Below are positions 17,445 to 26,431 of a stretch of DNA of 32,000 nt, piece by piece. The position numbers were made by a program, and so were the translations under genes. The stretch comes from an uncultured bacterium. GTDB lineage: Bacteria; Bacillota_I; Bacilli_A; RF39; UBA660. The stretch lies in contig CASEJU010000068.1 in assembly GCA_949288335.1 (NCBI GenBank), positions 1-32,000 on the forward strand, read 5' to 3'. Under the pieces are notes generated by a model. It saw nothing but the letters and a program-made list of their open reading frames with translations. It searched no databases and was not told the DNA's origin. The stretch's first letter is position 1, and every line of letters begins with the position of its first letter.

Positions 17445-17529
17445 GTTAATAACCCCTTTAAAAAATACCTTTTTTTTGGTAGAATGGTATTGTTAATTTA
17501 ATAATAGTAAAGTGGAAAGAAGTGATGGC

Positions 17530-18330
17530 ATGGCAAGAATAATAGCATTAGTAAATCAAAAAGGTGGAGTAGGTAAGACAACTACCAGTATTAATTTAGC
17601 TGCCTCACTTGGTGTACAAAATAAAAAAGTTTTACTAATTGATTTAGACCCACAAGGTAATTGTTCAACGGGTGTTGGAATTAATAAGGGTGACGTGGAT
17701 AAGAGTATTTATGATATGCTTCTTGGAAGGTGTACGGCAAATCAAGCTATAATAAGGACTAATTTTAAAAACTTAAGCATTATTCCGGCTACCATAAATC
17801 TTGCGGGAGCTGATATAGAATTATTAGAAAAATCAAAGTTAGATCCAAACTTTCAAAAAAATATGCAGCTTAAGATTGCTTTAGAACCAATTAAAGATGA
17901 ATATGATTTTATAATAATTGATTGTCCTCCTTCTTTAGGGCTTTTAACAACGAATGCGCTTACGGCAGCTAATTCGGTTCTAATTCCAGTTCAATGTGAG
18001 TTTTTTGCACTTGAAGGAATTATGCAGCTTTTAAACTCAATAATGCTTGCGCAAAGAAAACTTAACCCGGGCTTAGAAATAGAAGGCGTTTTACTTACCA
18101 TGTTGGATTCTAGAACCAATTTAGGATTAGAGGTAGTAGAAGAAATAAGAGGATTTTTTAAAGAAAGAGTTTATAATACTTTAATACCAAGATTAATAAG
18201 ATTAACGGAGGCTCCGTCACATGGTAAACCAATTGTTGCATATGATCCAATGAGCCGGGGCACGGAAGCATACCTTAATTTAGCAAAGGAGGTAATTGAA
18301 CAAGATGAAAGAAGAAAACACGAGCAGTAA
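17530..18330 (+). CDS. parA: Chromosome partitioning ATPase ParA/Soj
   Basis: Deviant Walker A NQKGGVGKTTT and the DLDPQGN and IIIDCPPSLG blocks. I prefer ATG17530 (MARIIALVN) over GTG17512. Confidence 0.92.
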   Translation: MARIIALVNQKGGVGKTTTSINLAASLGVQNKKVLLIDLDPQGNCSTGVGINKGDVDKSIYDMLLGRCTANQAIIRTNFKNLSIIPATINLAGADIELLEKSKLDPNFQKNMQLKIALEPIKDEYDFIIIDCPPSLGLLTTNALTAANSVLIPVQCEFFALEGIMQLLNSIMLAQRKLNPGLEIEGVLLTMLDSRTNLGLEVVEEIRGFFKERVYNTLIPRLIRLTEAPSHGKPIVAYDPMSRGTEAYLNLAKEVIEQDERRKHEQ

Positions 18331-19198
18331 AAGAAGAGCACTAGGAATGGGCCTAGAGCAGTTATTTAATTCAGAGATGCTTGATTTAGATCAGGTCGAA
18401 AGCAAGATTGTTGAAGAAACACCAAAGGATGAAATCGTTGAAATTCCAATAGATGAACTTATGAGTAATCCTTATCAGCCAAGAAAGGTCTTTGATGAGG
18501 AAGCCTTAAAAGAACTTGCTTTATCAATTAAGGAACATGGCGTTTTCCAACCAATAATCGTTAAGAAAAGTGTTAAAGGATATAATATAATTGCTGGAGA
18601 AAGAAGGGCTAAGGCATCACAAATGGCAGGCTTAACTAAAATACCTGCTATCATAAGGGACTTTACCGATGAAGAAATGATGCAAGTTGCTTTACTTGAA
18701 AACTTGCAAAGGGAAGATTTATCCGCAATAGAAGAGGCAAAAGCTTATAAATCAATAATCGAAAGTATGAAATTAACACAAGATGAGCTTGCTAAAAAAC
18801 TAGGAAAATCAAGAAGCCATATAACTAATATGTTGGGTCTTTTAAGGTTACCTTTTAGTGTTCAAGACATGGTACTTTATGGAAAAATATCAATGGGGCA
18901 CGCTAGAATATTAAGTAAACTAGAAGATTATAATCAAATAGAAGAATTAGCTAATAAAGTTGTAAATGAAAACTTAAGCGTTAGGGAATTAGAATCTTTG
19001 ACGGATCCTTCTTCATACAAAAGAAGTATACCGGTATCAAAAAATAAAAAGTCTAAGGAATATAAATACGTAGAAGATGCTATGAAAGAGAAATTAGGTA
19101 CCAAAGTATCAATTTCTGGTAATAAAATAAAAATATCTTTTGCAACTAAAGAAGACCTAAACCGAATATTAGAAATTTTAAACGTAGAAGTAGAATAG
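18305..19198 (+). CDS. parB: Chromosome partitioning protein ParB/Spo0J
   Basis: RALGMGLEQLF, NPYQPRK, the GERRAKA arginine patch and an HTH (LTQDELAKKLGKSRSHITNMLGLLRL). The start is either ATG18305 or TTG18296, and either choice overlaps the parA 3-prime end. Confidence 0.92.
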   Translation: MKEENTSSKRRALGMGLEQLFNSEMLDLDQVESKIVEETPKDEIVEIPIDELMSNPYQPRKVFDEEALKELALSIKEHGVFQPIIVKKSVKGYNIIAGERRAKASQMAGLTKIPAIIRDFTDEEMMQVALLENLQREDLSAIEEAKAYKSIIESMKLTQDELAKKLGKSRSHITNMLGLLRLPFSVQDMVLYGKISMGHARILSKLEDYNQIEELANKVVNENLSVRELESLTDPSSYKRSIPVSKNKKSKEYKYVEDAMKEKLGTKVSISGNKIKISFATKEDLNRILEILNVEVE

Positions 19199-19208
19199 GA
19201 GAATTTTT

Positions 19209-20015
19209 ATGAAAATTTTTGGACTAACAATCGCAGAAGAAATATACATGACGGTTATAATAATAGTTGTTGCTTTTATAGTTGAAAGATTTTTAAAGGC
19301 GATTATTAAAAAAACCTTTAATCCAGAAAAAAAACATAAAAGGTTTGATTCTAGAAAAGTTGGCACCATAAGAAGTCTTTTATGTAACATCGTTAAGTAT
19401 GTTATTTGGGTACTTGCTATATTATCACTATTAAGTGTTTATGGTGTTAACACGGCGGCGTTAATTACTGGATTAGGAGTTGTGAGTTTGGTTGTTGGTC
19501 TTGCTTTTCAAGATATTTTAAAAGATATATTAGTTGGTGCATCAATTTTATTTGAAAATTGGTATGCGGTAGGAGACCTTGTTAAAATTGGAGATTATAC
19601 TGGTACGGTAACATCGATTGGTCTTAAAGCCACGAGACTTCAGGCTTATACGGGTGATATAAAAATAATATCAAACAGAAACATAACAGAAGTCATTAAC
19701 TATAGTTTTGATAAAACGCTTGCGGTTGTTGATATTTCTGTTGCTTATGAGGAAAAGCTTGATAAAGTAGAAAAAATATTACAAGTTACTTGTGCTACTT
19801 TAAAGGATACAATTCCTAACCTTGTGGAGGAACCTGAAGTATGGGGCGTAGAAGAGTTATCTGATTCTGCCGTAATTTTTAGAATCGTTGGTAAGTGTGA
19901 GCCTGCACAACATTTTGATGTTGAAAGACAAATGAAAAAGACGTTTAAAAACGTTTTAAATAAAAATGGTATAAAGATTCCATACACGCAAATAGAGGTA
20001 CATAATGAAAAATAG
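19209..20015 (+). CDS. MscS-family small-conductance mechanosensitive channel
   Basis: Three N-terminal TMs followed by LAFQDILKDILVGASILFENWYAVGDLVKIGDYTGTV...TGDIKIISN, the MscS pore and beta-domain signature. Confidence 0.85.
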   Translation: MKIFGLTIAEEIYMTVIIIVVAFIVERFLKAIIKKTFNPEKKHKRFDSRKVGTIRSLLCNIVKYVIWVLAILSLLSVYGVNTAALITGLGVVSLVVGLAFQDILKDILVGASILFENWYAVGDLVKIGDYTGTVTSIGLKATRLQAYTGDIKIISNRNITEVINYSFDKTLAVVDISVAYEEKLDKVEKILQVTCATLKDTIPNLVEEPEVWGVEELSDSAVIFRIVGKCEPAQHFDVERQMKKTFKNVLNKNGIKIPYTQIEVHNEK

Positions 20016-20199
20016 TTATGAATTAAACTCGGTTGTTCAAATGAAAAAAAAACATCCATGCGGATGTGATACGTTTAATATCATTCGTATTGGTGTTGAT
20101 ATAAAAATTAAATGTACTAACTGTGGTAGAACAATTATGATGCCACGTGTAGATTTTAATAAAAAGATTAAAAAGGTGATTGACGGAGGTGCAAAATGA
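20005..20199 (+). CDS. DUF951 (YyzM-like) small zinc-ribbon protein
   Basis: YELNSVVQMKKKHPCGCDTFNIIRIGVDIKIKCTNCGRTIMMPR matches the DUF951 core. It overlaps the mscS-family end by 11 nt and the abgT start by 4 nt (ATGA). Confidence 0.8.
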   Translation: MKNSYELNSVVQMKKKHPCGCDTFNIIRIGVDIKIKCTNCGRTIMMPRVDFNKKIKKVIDGGAK

Positions 20200-21737
20200 T
20201 TAATCCTAAAAAATTAAAAAGATCATCTCATCCGGTAATGTTTTTCATATATATGTCATTATTGGTAATTGTTGTAAGTGGTATAGCAAACGTACTTAAT
20301 TTTCAGGTTACGTATGATAAGTTGACTACCATAGCAGGTGAGGTAGAAACAACAACGGTTGCGGTTAACTCTCTTTTAAACCTAGACGGAATTAAATTTA
20401 TTATTACTTCATCATATGATAATTTAATAAACTTTGTTCCTTTTGGTTCTCTTTTAATCGCGGCAATAGCCTTTGGAATAGCTTTGAAATCTGGTTTTTT
20501 AAAAACCTTATGTAATAAGTTAACTAAAAAGATTCCTAAGTTCATCGTTGTTTTTATATATTCATTAGTATGTATAATAGCAAGTGTTGATAATAACGTT
20601 GGATACGTACTTTTATTACCACTTGGTGCGGTTTTATTTATGAGTATGAACAGAAACCCAATCGGTGGACTTGCTCTTGGATTTGCCTCTATTGCGGCCG
20701 GGCACGGAGCCGGTTTATTTATAACGGCACTTGATTATAACTTAACTAGTTATACTGAGGCTAGTGCTAAGTTAATTGACACTGAATATACTGTTTCGCA
20801 AAGTAGTAATTTAATTTTTATAATTGTTGCAACACTTTTAATAGCGAGTGTATGTACGTTTATAACCGAAAAATTAGTTTCTAGAAAGTTAGGAAGAAAC
20901 ACCATAGAAGAGGAAGAAGAATATGTATTAGAAGAATCAAAAGAAAAAAAGGGCTTAATAGCTGCTTTAGTAGCTACCTTAATTTGTTTAGTGCCAATAA
21001 TACTTATGCTTATACCAGCAAGTGGTGATAGCTTTTTAGGATTATTACTTGATAAGTCACAAGACGTTTATTCGAAAATGTTATTTTCATCTGATGCGCT
21101 TTTGATGACTAACATGGTTGGTATAGTATCCTTTATATTTGCTGTTCAAGGTTTTGTTTTTGGTGTTGTAACAGGTACCATTAGAAAAATAAGGGACATG
21201 GTTAATTTTTCAACGAACTATTTAAAAAGTATCGGTGGTATATTCGTACTTATTTTCTTTGCGGCTCAGCTTAATGCGTTAGTTACTGAATCAAACCTTG
21301 GAGTTGTTGTTACAGGATGGTTATCTAACGTTATTTCTTCATCAGATTTCTCATTTATACCACTTATTTTGCTAATATTTACTTTTTCTGTTTTATCTAA
21401 TATCTTACTTCCGGGTTCTATTGCAAAATGGTCAATTCTAGCTCCTAATATTATGCCGGCGGTAATAAGAGCTAATATAACACCAGAATTTGCTCAACTT
21501 GTGTTTCGTGCGGGAGAATCTGTTACTAACGTTATAACGCCATTATTTACTTATTTTGTAATATTTATTGGTTTTATTGAGGTGTTTACTAAAAATAAAA
21601 ATGACTTTAGTATAAGGGGTTGTTACCGGGTTATATTACCTTACTTTTTATCAATAACTTTACTATTATTATTAATGATTATTTGTTGGTATATAATAGG
21701 TTTACCAATTGGCCCTGGAATATACCCTACCATATAA
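20196..21737 (+). CDS. AbgT-family (p-aminobenzoyl-glutamate / antimetabolite) transporter
   Basis: 513-aa polytopic membrane protein with the AbgT-like N-terminus (...SSHPVMFFIY...) and overall length and topology. The call is by resemblance only. Confidence 0.7.
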   Translation: MINPKKLKRSSHPVMFFIYMSLLVIVVSGIANVLNFQVTYDKLTTIAGEVETTTVAVNSLLNLDGIKFIITSSYDNLINFVPFGSLLIAAIAFGIALKSGFLKTLCNKLTKKIPKFIVVFIYSLVCIIASVDNNVGYVLLLPLGAVLFMSMNRNPIGGLALGFASIAAGHGAGLFITALDYNLTSYTEASAKLIDTEYTVSQSSNLIFIIVATLLIASVCTFITEKLVSRKLGRNTIEEEEEYVLEESKEKKGLIAALVATLICLVPIILMLIPASGDSFLGLLLDKSQDVYSKMLFSSDALLMTNMVGIVSFIFAVQGFVFGVVTGTIRKIRDMVNFSTNYLKSIGGIFVLIFFAAQLNALVTESNLGVVVTGWLSNVISSSDFSFIPLILLIFTFSVLSNILLPGSIAKWSILAPNIMPAVIRANITPEFAQLVFRAGESVTNVITPLFTYFVIFIGFIEVFTKNKNDFSIRGCYRVILPYFLSITLLLLLMIICWYIIGLPIGPGIYPTI

Positions 21738-21761
21738 AAGTGCTTAAACGCACTTTTTTTG
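21736..21761 (+). terminator. Rho-independent terminator
   Basis: AAAGTGC (21737-21743), loop TTAAAC, GCACTTT (21750-21756), followed by a T-run. Confidence 0.75.
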
Positions 21762-21791
21762 TTAATGAAATGTATACTTTTATATTCATTG

Positions 21792-21820
21792 TTGACTACT
21801 AAAAAAATAGAATTTATAAT
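21792..21820 (+). promoter_or_regulatory. Consensus-grade promoter TTGACT-17-TATAAT of the FIST operon
   Basis: TTGACT at 21792-21797, exactly 17 nt of spacer and TATAAT at 21815-21820. The leader to ATG21891 is about 65 nt. Confidence 0.65.
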
Positions 21821-21890
21821 TAAGATGGTAGGATAATCTGCCGGTGCAAGTAGTGGGTTAATTAATTTTTGTTTAAAAGGAGGTATAAAA

Positions 21891-23066
21891 ATGCTAAAAA
21901 CAAAAGTTGGTTATAGTGAAAACGTGGACGCATACCAATCAGGCGTTGAAACCGCTAAAATGGCAAACGTAATTGATAATCCACAAGTTGGACTATTCTT
22001 TACAAGTTGCGTTCAAGATCAAAAAAAATTAATGGAAGGAGCTAAAAGTGTATTAGGTAACGTTCCTATTATTGGATGTACTTCATCAGCAGCTATATGT
22101 ACGCAAGACGGATACCTAAATAAAGAAACGGGATATTCTGGTATGATGCTTTTCGGTGGTGACGTAAAAGTAGTTACTGCAGGAAGTAAAAAAACTGATG
22201 AATCGCCAAGGGAAATTGGTAAGAGAATTGCTAAAGAAGCAGTATCTAAACTTACTGGTGATGATAAAGAACCTGACTTCTTCTTCATGAGCGCATCGCC
22301 TGCAAACGAAGAAGAATACCTAAAAGGTATCCAAGACGTAATAGGCAATATTCCAGTGTTCGGTGGTAGTAGCGCTGATAATACCGTAGAAGGTAAATGG
22401 AGCCTTTTAAACGATGGTGATAGCTTTAGTGACGGATGCGTAATTGCGATATTCTATACGGACGCAAAGATGAAAAACATCTATACAGGAGCTTATCATG
22501 AAACGGATAACGCTGGTATTATAACTAAGGTAAACGGTGCAAGAACACTTGTTGAAATAGATCATAAACCAGCACTAGAAGTATATTCAAAATGGACAGG
22601 AAAACCAATTGAAAAATTAATGGGTAACAACTTACTTACCGAGACTATTTGTGCACCACTTGGTGTTAAGGACCCGATTGGAAAAGTAACTGCTGTACGT
22701 CACCCAATGTTTGCAAATGATGATTTATCAATGAACATAGGAGCAGATTTAGTTGTTAACACCGCAGTTATTCAACTTTCGAACACTCCAGAAGGTATTT
22801 TAAAAGCAAATGAAGAAACCATTACTAAACTAAATACCCTAATGGATAATGATGAAGAATCATACTTCTTAGTTCACTGCGGCGGAAGAAGACTTGGTCT
22901 TGCATTATCTAACATAGAAGATAAAATTTATCCAGAAGTTAAAAAAGTAATTCCAAATAAAGAATTTTTAATGGTATTTACGTTTGGTGAGTATGGTCAA
23001 GGGGATCATTCATCTAACACAGTTGGTGGATTATCACTTTCATACACTGCTTTTGGAAAGGAATAA
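21891..23066 (+). CDS. Stand-alone FIST_N + FIST_C domain protein
   Basis: 391 aa. LFFTSC...GNVPIIGCTSSAAI, IPVFGGSSADN and a C-terminal FLVHCGGRRLGL...FTFGEYG match the FIST N/C architecture. There is no output domain. Strong RBS AAAGGAGG. Confidence 0.65.
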   Translation: MLKTKVGYSENVDAYQSGVETAKMANVIDNPQVGLFFTSCVQDQKKLMEGAKSVLGNVPIIGCTSSAAICTQDGYLNKETGYSGMMLFGGDVKVVTAGSKKTDESPREIGKRIAKEAVSKLTGDDKEPDFFFMSASPANEEEYLKGIQDVIGNIPVFGGSSADNTVEGKWSLLNDGDSFSDGCVIAIFYTDAKMKNIYTGAYHETDNAGIITKVNGARTLVEIDHKPALEVYSKWTGKPIEKLMGNNLLTETICAPLGVKDPIGKVTAVRHPMFANDDLSMNIGADLVVNTAVIQLSNTPEGILKANEETITKLNTLMDNDEESYFLVHCGGRRLGLALSNIEDKIYPEVKKVIPNKEFLMVFTFGEYGQGDHSSNTVGGLSLSYTAFGKE

Positions 23067-23075
23067 GGTGAATAA

Positions 23076-24512
23076 ATGAAGAGTTTAATATGCGGAAAAT
23101 GGACGGATGCTTCATCTGGTAAAAAAATAGACGTTTTAAATCCTGCAACTGGAAAACTTATTGATACCGTTCCTAGTTTAAGTAAAGAAGAAGTAGACAA
23201 AGCAATTGATTACGCTTATAACGCACAAAAATCATGGGAAGATAAATCAGTTGTTGAAAGGTGCGAAGTTTTAATTAAGTTTGCTTCTTTGGTAGATGAA
23301 AACAAAGATGATTTAGCAGCTACTTTGTGTAAGGAAACAGGAAAACCAATTAAAGAAGCATATAACGAAATAGCAAATATTCAAATAGGAGTTTTAGGTT
23401 ACGTTGAAAAAGTAAAACATGAATATGGAAACATGGTATACCGTGGTACTGAAGCTGGTCAAGAAAACACTATTCAATATACGATTCAGCAACCTCTTGG
23501 TGTTGTAGTTGCCATAATTCCATTTAATTTCCCAAGTGACATATTTATAAACAAAGTACCTCCAGCATTATTAATGGGAAACGCAGTAATATTAAAACCT
23601 GCGTCAGTAAATCCTTTAACATTAACTAAATACGTTAAATTACTTGAAAAAGCAGGTACTCCAGCAGGTGTTATATCAGTTGTTCACGGATCTGGTTCAG
23701 TAGTAGGTAAAGCACTTACTAGCAACAAAAAAGTAGCGATGGTAAGTTTAACCGGTAGTACTGCTGCTGGTATTGACGCTGCTAAAAACTGTGCTGAGCA
23801 CTGTGCTCATAGCTCACTTGAATTAGGTGGTAATGATGCGTTTATCTTAATGGATGATGGAGACGTTGACTTAGCCGTTAACGAAACCGTATGGGGTAGA
23901 CTTTATAACACTGGTCAAGTATGCTGTGCTTCTAAAAGATTTTTAGTTCATAACAAGGTAAAAGATGAGTTCATAAAGAAAATGACCGATAAAATAAAAT
24001 CCTTAAAAGTTGGGAACCCAATGGATAAAGATACTGATATTGGATGCCTTGTTAGTGAAGATGCTGCAATAGAAGTAGAAAAGCAAGTTAACCAAACAGT
24101 AAAAGAAGGCGCTAAAATAGTAATCGGCGGTCATAGAAACGGTGCGTTTTATGAACCTACTATATTAGATAACGTAACAAAAGATATGGAAGTTGCAAAA
24201 GACATGGAAATTTTTGGACCGGTAATTCCGGTAATCGGTTTTGACTCTCTTGATGAGGCTATTAAAATTGCCAACCAATCAATTTATGGGCTATCAGGAT
24301 GTATAATTACCAAAGACATAAGTAAAGCGATTAAAGTAAGTGAAAAAATGGAGTGCGGCGGCTTTGTTATAAATGGAGCTAGTTTCTTTAGGTCATTTGA
24401 ACAACCTTTCGGCGGATGGAAATATTCTGGAATTGGTAATGAAGGTATTATGACTACTTTAAAAGAAATGTCTAGAACTAAAACCGTTATTCTAAAAAAC
24501 ATAACTAAGTAA
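23076..24512 (+). CDS. NAD(P)-dependent aldehyde dehydrogenase family protein
   Basis: Catalytic Glu block LELGGNDA, catalytic Cys block GQVCCASKR, and the FNFP and GSTAAG cofactor motifs. Confidence 0.9.
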   Translation: MKSLICGKWTDASSGKKIDVLNPATGKLIDTVPSLSKEEVDKAIDYAYNAQKSWEDKSVVERCEVLIKFASLVDENKDDLAATLCKETGKPIKEAYNEIANIQIGVLGYVEKVKHEYGNMVYRGTEAGQENTIQYTIQQPLGVVVAIIPFNFPSDIFINKVPPALLMGNAVILKPASVNPLTLTKYVKLLEKAGTPAGVISVVHGSGSVVGKALTSNKKVAMVSLTGSTAAGIDAAKNCAEHCAHSSLELGGNDAFILMDDGDVDLAVNETVWGRLYNTGQVCCASKRFLVHNKVKDEFIKKMTDKIKSLKVGNPMDKDTDIGCLVSEDAAIEVEKQVNQTVKEGAKIVIGGHRNGAFYEPTILDNVTKDMEVAKDMEIFGPVIPVIGFDSLDEAIKIANQSIYGLSGCIITKDISKAIKVSEKMECGGFVINGASFFRSFEQPFGGWKYSGIGNEGIMTTLKEMSRTKTVILKNITK

Positions 24513-24522
24513 GTGAAAAAAT

Positions 24523-25281
24523 ATGTTTGATTATAAAGGTAAAGTAGTTTTAGTATCAGGAGCATCATCAGGACTTGGTGCTCAAATGGCTAAAGGATAT
24601 GCAAAACAAGGTGCAACGCTTGTAATAACCGCAAGAAGAATAGAAAAACTAGAAGAAGTAGCAGAAGAAATAAGAAAAGAAGGCGTAGAATGTTTGCCTA
24701 TTAAATGTGATGTTACGGATGTTTCTTCTGTTAATAACGCCGCTAAAATAGTTAAAGAAAGATTTGGTAAAGTAGACGTTTTGGTTAATTGTGCTGGTTC
24801 AGCTAAAAATAATAGTGTTTTAAACATGACTGATGAAGAATGGGATTTTACCATTAAAACTGATATGACTAGTTTGTTTTACGTAACAAGAGCGTTTGCT
24901 AAATTAATGAAGGATAATAATTATGGTAGAATAATTAACATTGCATCCATGTATGGTATGGTAGGTAACATGGCAATGGATACGGTTGCATATCATACTA
25001 GTAAAGGTGGAGTAATAAACTTTACCCGTGCGGTAGCAGCAGAACTTGCAAAGTATAATATTACGTGTAATGCGATTTGCCCAGGATACTTTGATACCGA
25101 GCTTACTCACGAAACTTTAATTACCGAAAGTTTTACTAATTACATGAAAGCTACCGTGCCACTTGGAAGATATGGTAAAGAAGGCGAGTTAAACGCCGCT
25201 GCAATATTTTTAGGTAGCGAAGAAGCAAATTACGTAACGGGTGTTATCTTGCCAGTAGATGGTGGATATACCGCTGTATAA
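24523..25281 (+). CDS. Classical short-chain dehydrogenase/reductase (SDR)
   Basis: GASSGLG (TGxxxGxG), NCAG, the catalytic S...YHTSK (YxxxK) and PG motif CPGYFDT. Confidence 0.9.
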   Translation: MFDYKGKVVLVSGASSGLGAQMAKGYAKQGATLVITARRIEKLEEVAEEIRKEGVECLPIKCDVTDVSSVNNAAKIVKERFGKVDVLVNCAGSAKNNSVLNMTDEEWDFTIKTDMTSLFYVTRAFAKLMKDNNYGRIINIASMYGMVGNMAMDTVAYHTSKGGVINFTRAVAAELAKYNITCNAICPGYFDTELTHETLITESFTNYMKATVPLGRYGKEGELNAAAIFLGSEEANYVTGVILPVDGGYTAV

Positions 25282-25283
25282 CA

Positions 25284-25320
25284 AAAAGCAAAGATGAAAA
25301 AATCTTTGCTTTTCCTTTTT
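25284..25320 (+). terminator. Rho-independent terminator
   Basis: AAGCAAAGAT (25286-25295), loop GAAAAA, ATCTTTGCTT (25302-25311), followed by T-rich sequence. Confidence 0.75.
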
Positions 25321-25366
25321 ATTTAAATATGATAAAATATACCTGCTTAATTAAAAGAGGTGTTTT

Positions 25367-26380
25367 ATGAAACTAAAAGAGCAAGAACAAATAAGAACGT
25401 GTGAAATGTTGTTTTTATTTGCTGGTTTAGTGATAAAAGAATTTTTAGATAACGAAAATACGCTTGCACCAGAACTTGTTTCTAGTTTATTTTCAGCACC
25501 ATACTTATTAGATTTAATAACTTACTTTAAAACGCAAAAGAAAACAGAAGAATACATGGAATTAAAAAAAGAGTATGAAAAGATTGTAAGTAGTGCGAAT
25601 CATCTTATAAAAGATATAGATATAAAAGATCCAATTGGTATTTTTGCATGCTATATATATCTTTATCGTAATGGTTATCTATCATATAACAAAAGCTTTT
25701 TTTATGATAATGACACCAAAGATTTTGCATCTTTATTAGGATTAGACGTAATAAGGGGAAAAGCAGTATGCAAAAATATTTCATCTTTACTTACCGATTT
25801 ATATAAATCTTTTGGTTATGAAGCAAGAAACCTAATTGTTTATGCAGATATAGAAAGCCTAAAAAAAGAACCCGGTTTTAATAGCGTAAATTTACCAAGT
25901 ACTAAAAAAGGTGATTATTATTCAAACATAATAAGTAATATGACAAGAAAGATTAAAATTCCTAATCATGCCATTACAATGGTTAATGATGATAAAAACA
26001 GTTATATTTTGGACTCAACAAATGATATTGCCTTAAAAAAAGGTGATAAAAACAGATTATTATCTTTATATAGTAACAATGATTTAATGAAAAACTATAT
26101 GAATATTTGTTTATTGTATAATTTATTTGGTTTTTATGACGATAATTTAAGTATTTCAAATTATAAAGAAAATATTAGTAAACCTAGTATATCTTTTGAT
26201 GAATATGAAACGCTGTATCTAAAAGCCATTAACACTTGCAAAAATAATAAAGATACGTTTGACTTTTTTTATGATGATAATAAAAGTATTTATAAAAACA
26301 TATATGAAATTAGTCAAAACGAAAATAATAACATAAAAAGATTATTACCTGTTATACCTAAATTTACAAGAAAAAATTGA
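25367..26380 (+). CDS. Hypothetical protein with a cryptic transglutaminase-like (Cys-His-Asp) cysteine-peptidase core
   Basis: 337 aa. RGKAVC(135)KNISSLLTDLYKSFGYEAR ... IPNH(201)AITMVNDDKNSYILD(216)STND follows the order and spacing of the transglutaminase-like core. RBS AAAAGAGGTG precedes it, with an extended -10 (TGaTAAAAT) at 25330-25338. The remainder is unrecognisable. Confidence 0.5.
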   Translation: MKLKEQEQIRTCEMLFLFAGLVIKEFLDNENTLAPELVSSLFSAPYLLDLITYFKTQKKTEEYMELKKEYEKIVSSANHLIKDIDIKDPIGIFACYIYLYRNGYLSYNKSFFYDNDTKDFASLLGLDVIRGKAVCKNISSLLTDLYKSFGYEARNLIVYADIESLKKEPGFNSVNLPSTKKGDYYSNIISNMTRKIKIPNHAITMVNDDKNSYILDSTNDIALKKGDKNRLLSLYSNNDLMKNYMNICLLYNLFGFYDDNLSISNYKENISKPSISFDEYETLYLKAINTCKNNKDTFDFFYDDNKSIYKNIYEISQNENNNIKRLLPVIPKFTRKN

Positions 26381-26405
26381 CATACTTTGTTAAAGGTGTT
26401 AATAT
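26377..26405 (+). promoter_or_regulatory. Promoter TTGACA-17-TAATAT overlapping the stop codon of the upstream gene
   Basis: TTGACA at 26377-26382 contains the TGA stop at 26378-26380. A 17-nt spacer leads to TAATAT at 26400-26405. Confidence 0.55.
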
Positions 26406-26431
26406 ACTTAACCGAAAAAGGAGATGATATC

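Noticed and set aside
20139-20154. parS-like site around CACGTG. Other CACGTG cores lie at 2257-2262 and 28290-28295.
   Set aside because: The flanks do not match the TGTTNCACGTGAAACA palindrome. No convincing parS was seen in or near parAB by eye, and a proper pattern scan would be needed.
21620-21802. 60-aa + strand ORF spanning the end of abgT and the intergenic region. The minus-strand ORFs at 1658-1873, 5411-5599 and 19178-19390, and the + strand ORF at 16123-16335, are similar cases.
   Set aside because: This ORF crosses the abgT terminator and the FIST promoter and is out of frame with abgT. The others likewise span gene junctions or terminators, or lie inside better-supported genes, and none has an RBS.
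21821-21890. Possible riboswitch in the FIST operon leader
   Set aside because: Only one short hairpin with G-U pairs is present (GGTAGG-ATAA-TCTGCC). The region is too short and matches no riboswitch class I can recall, so I treat it as a plain leader pending an Rfam scan.
26387-26431. TTG26387 start of the 201-aa track ORF
   Set aside because: It lies inside the TTGACA-17-TAATAT promoter. ATG26432 follows AAAAAGGAG at ideal spacing.
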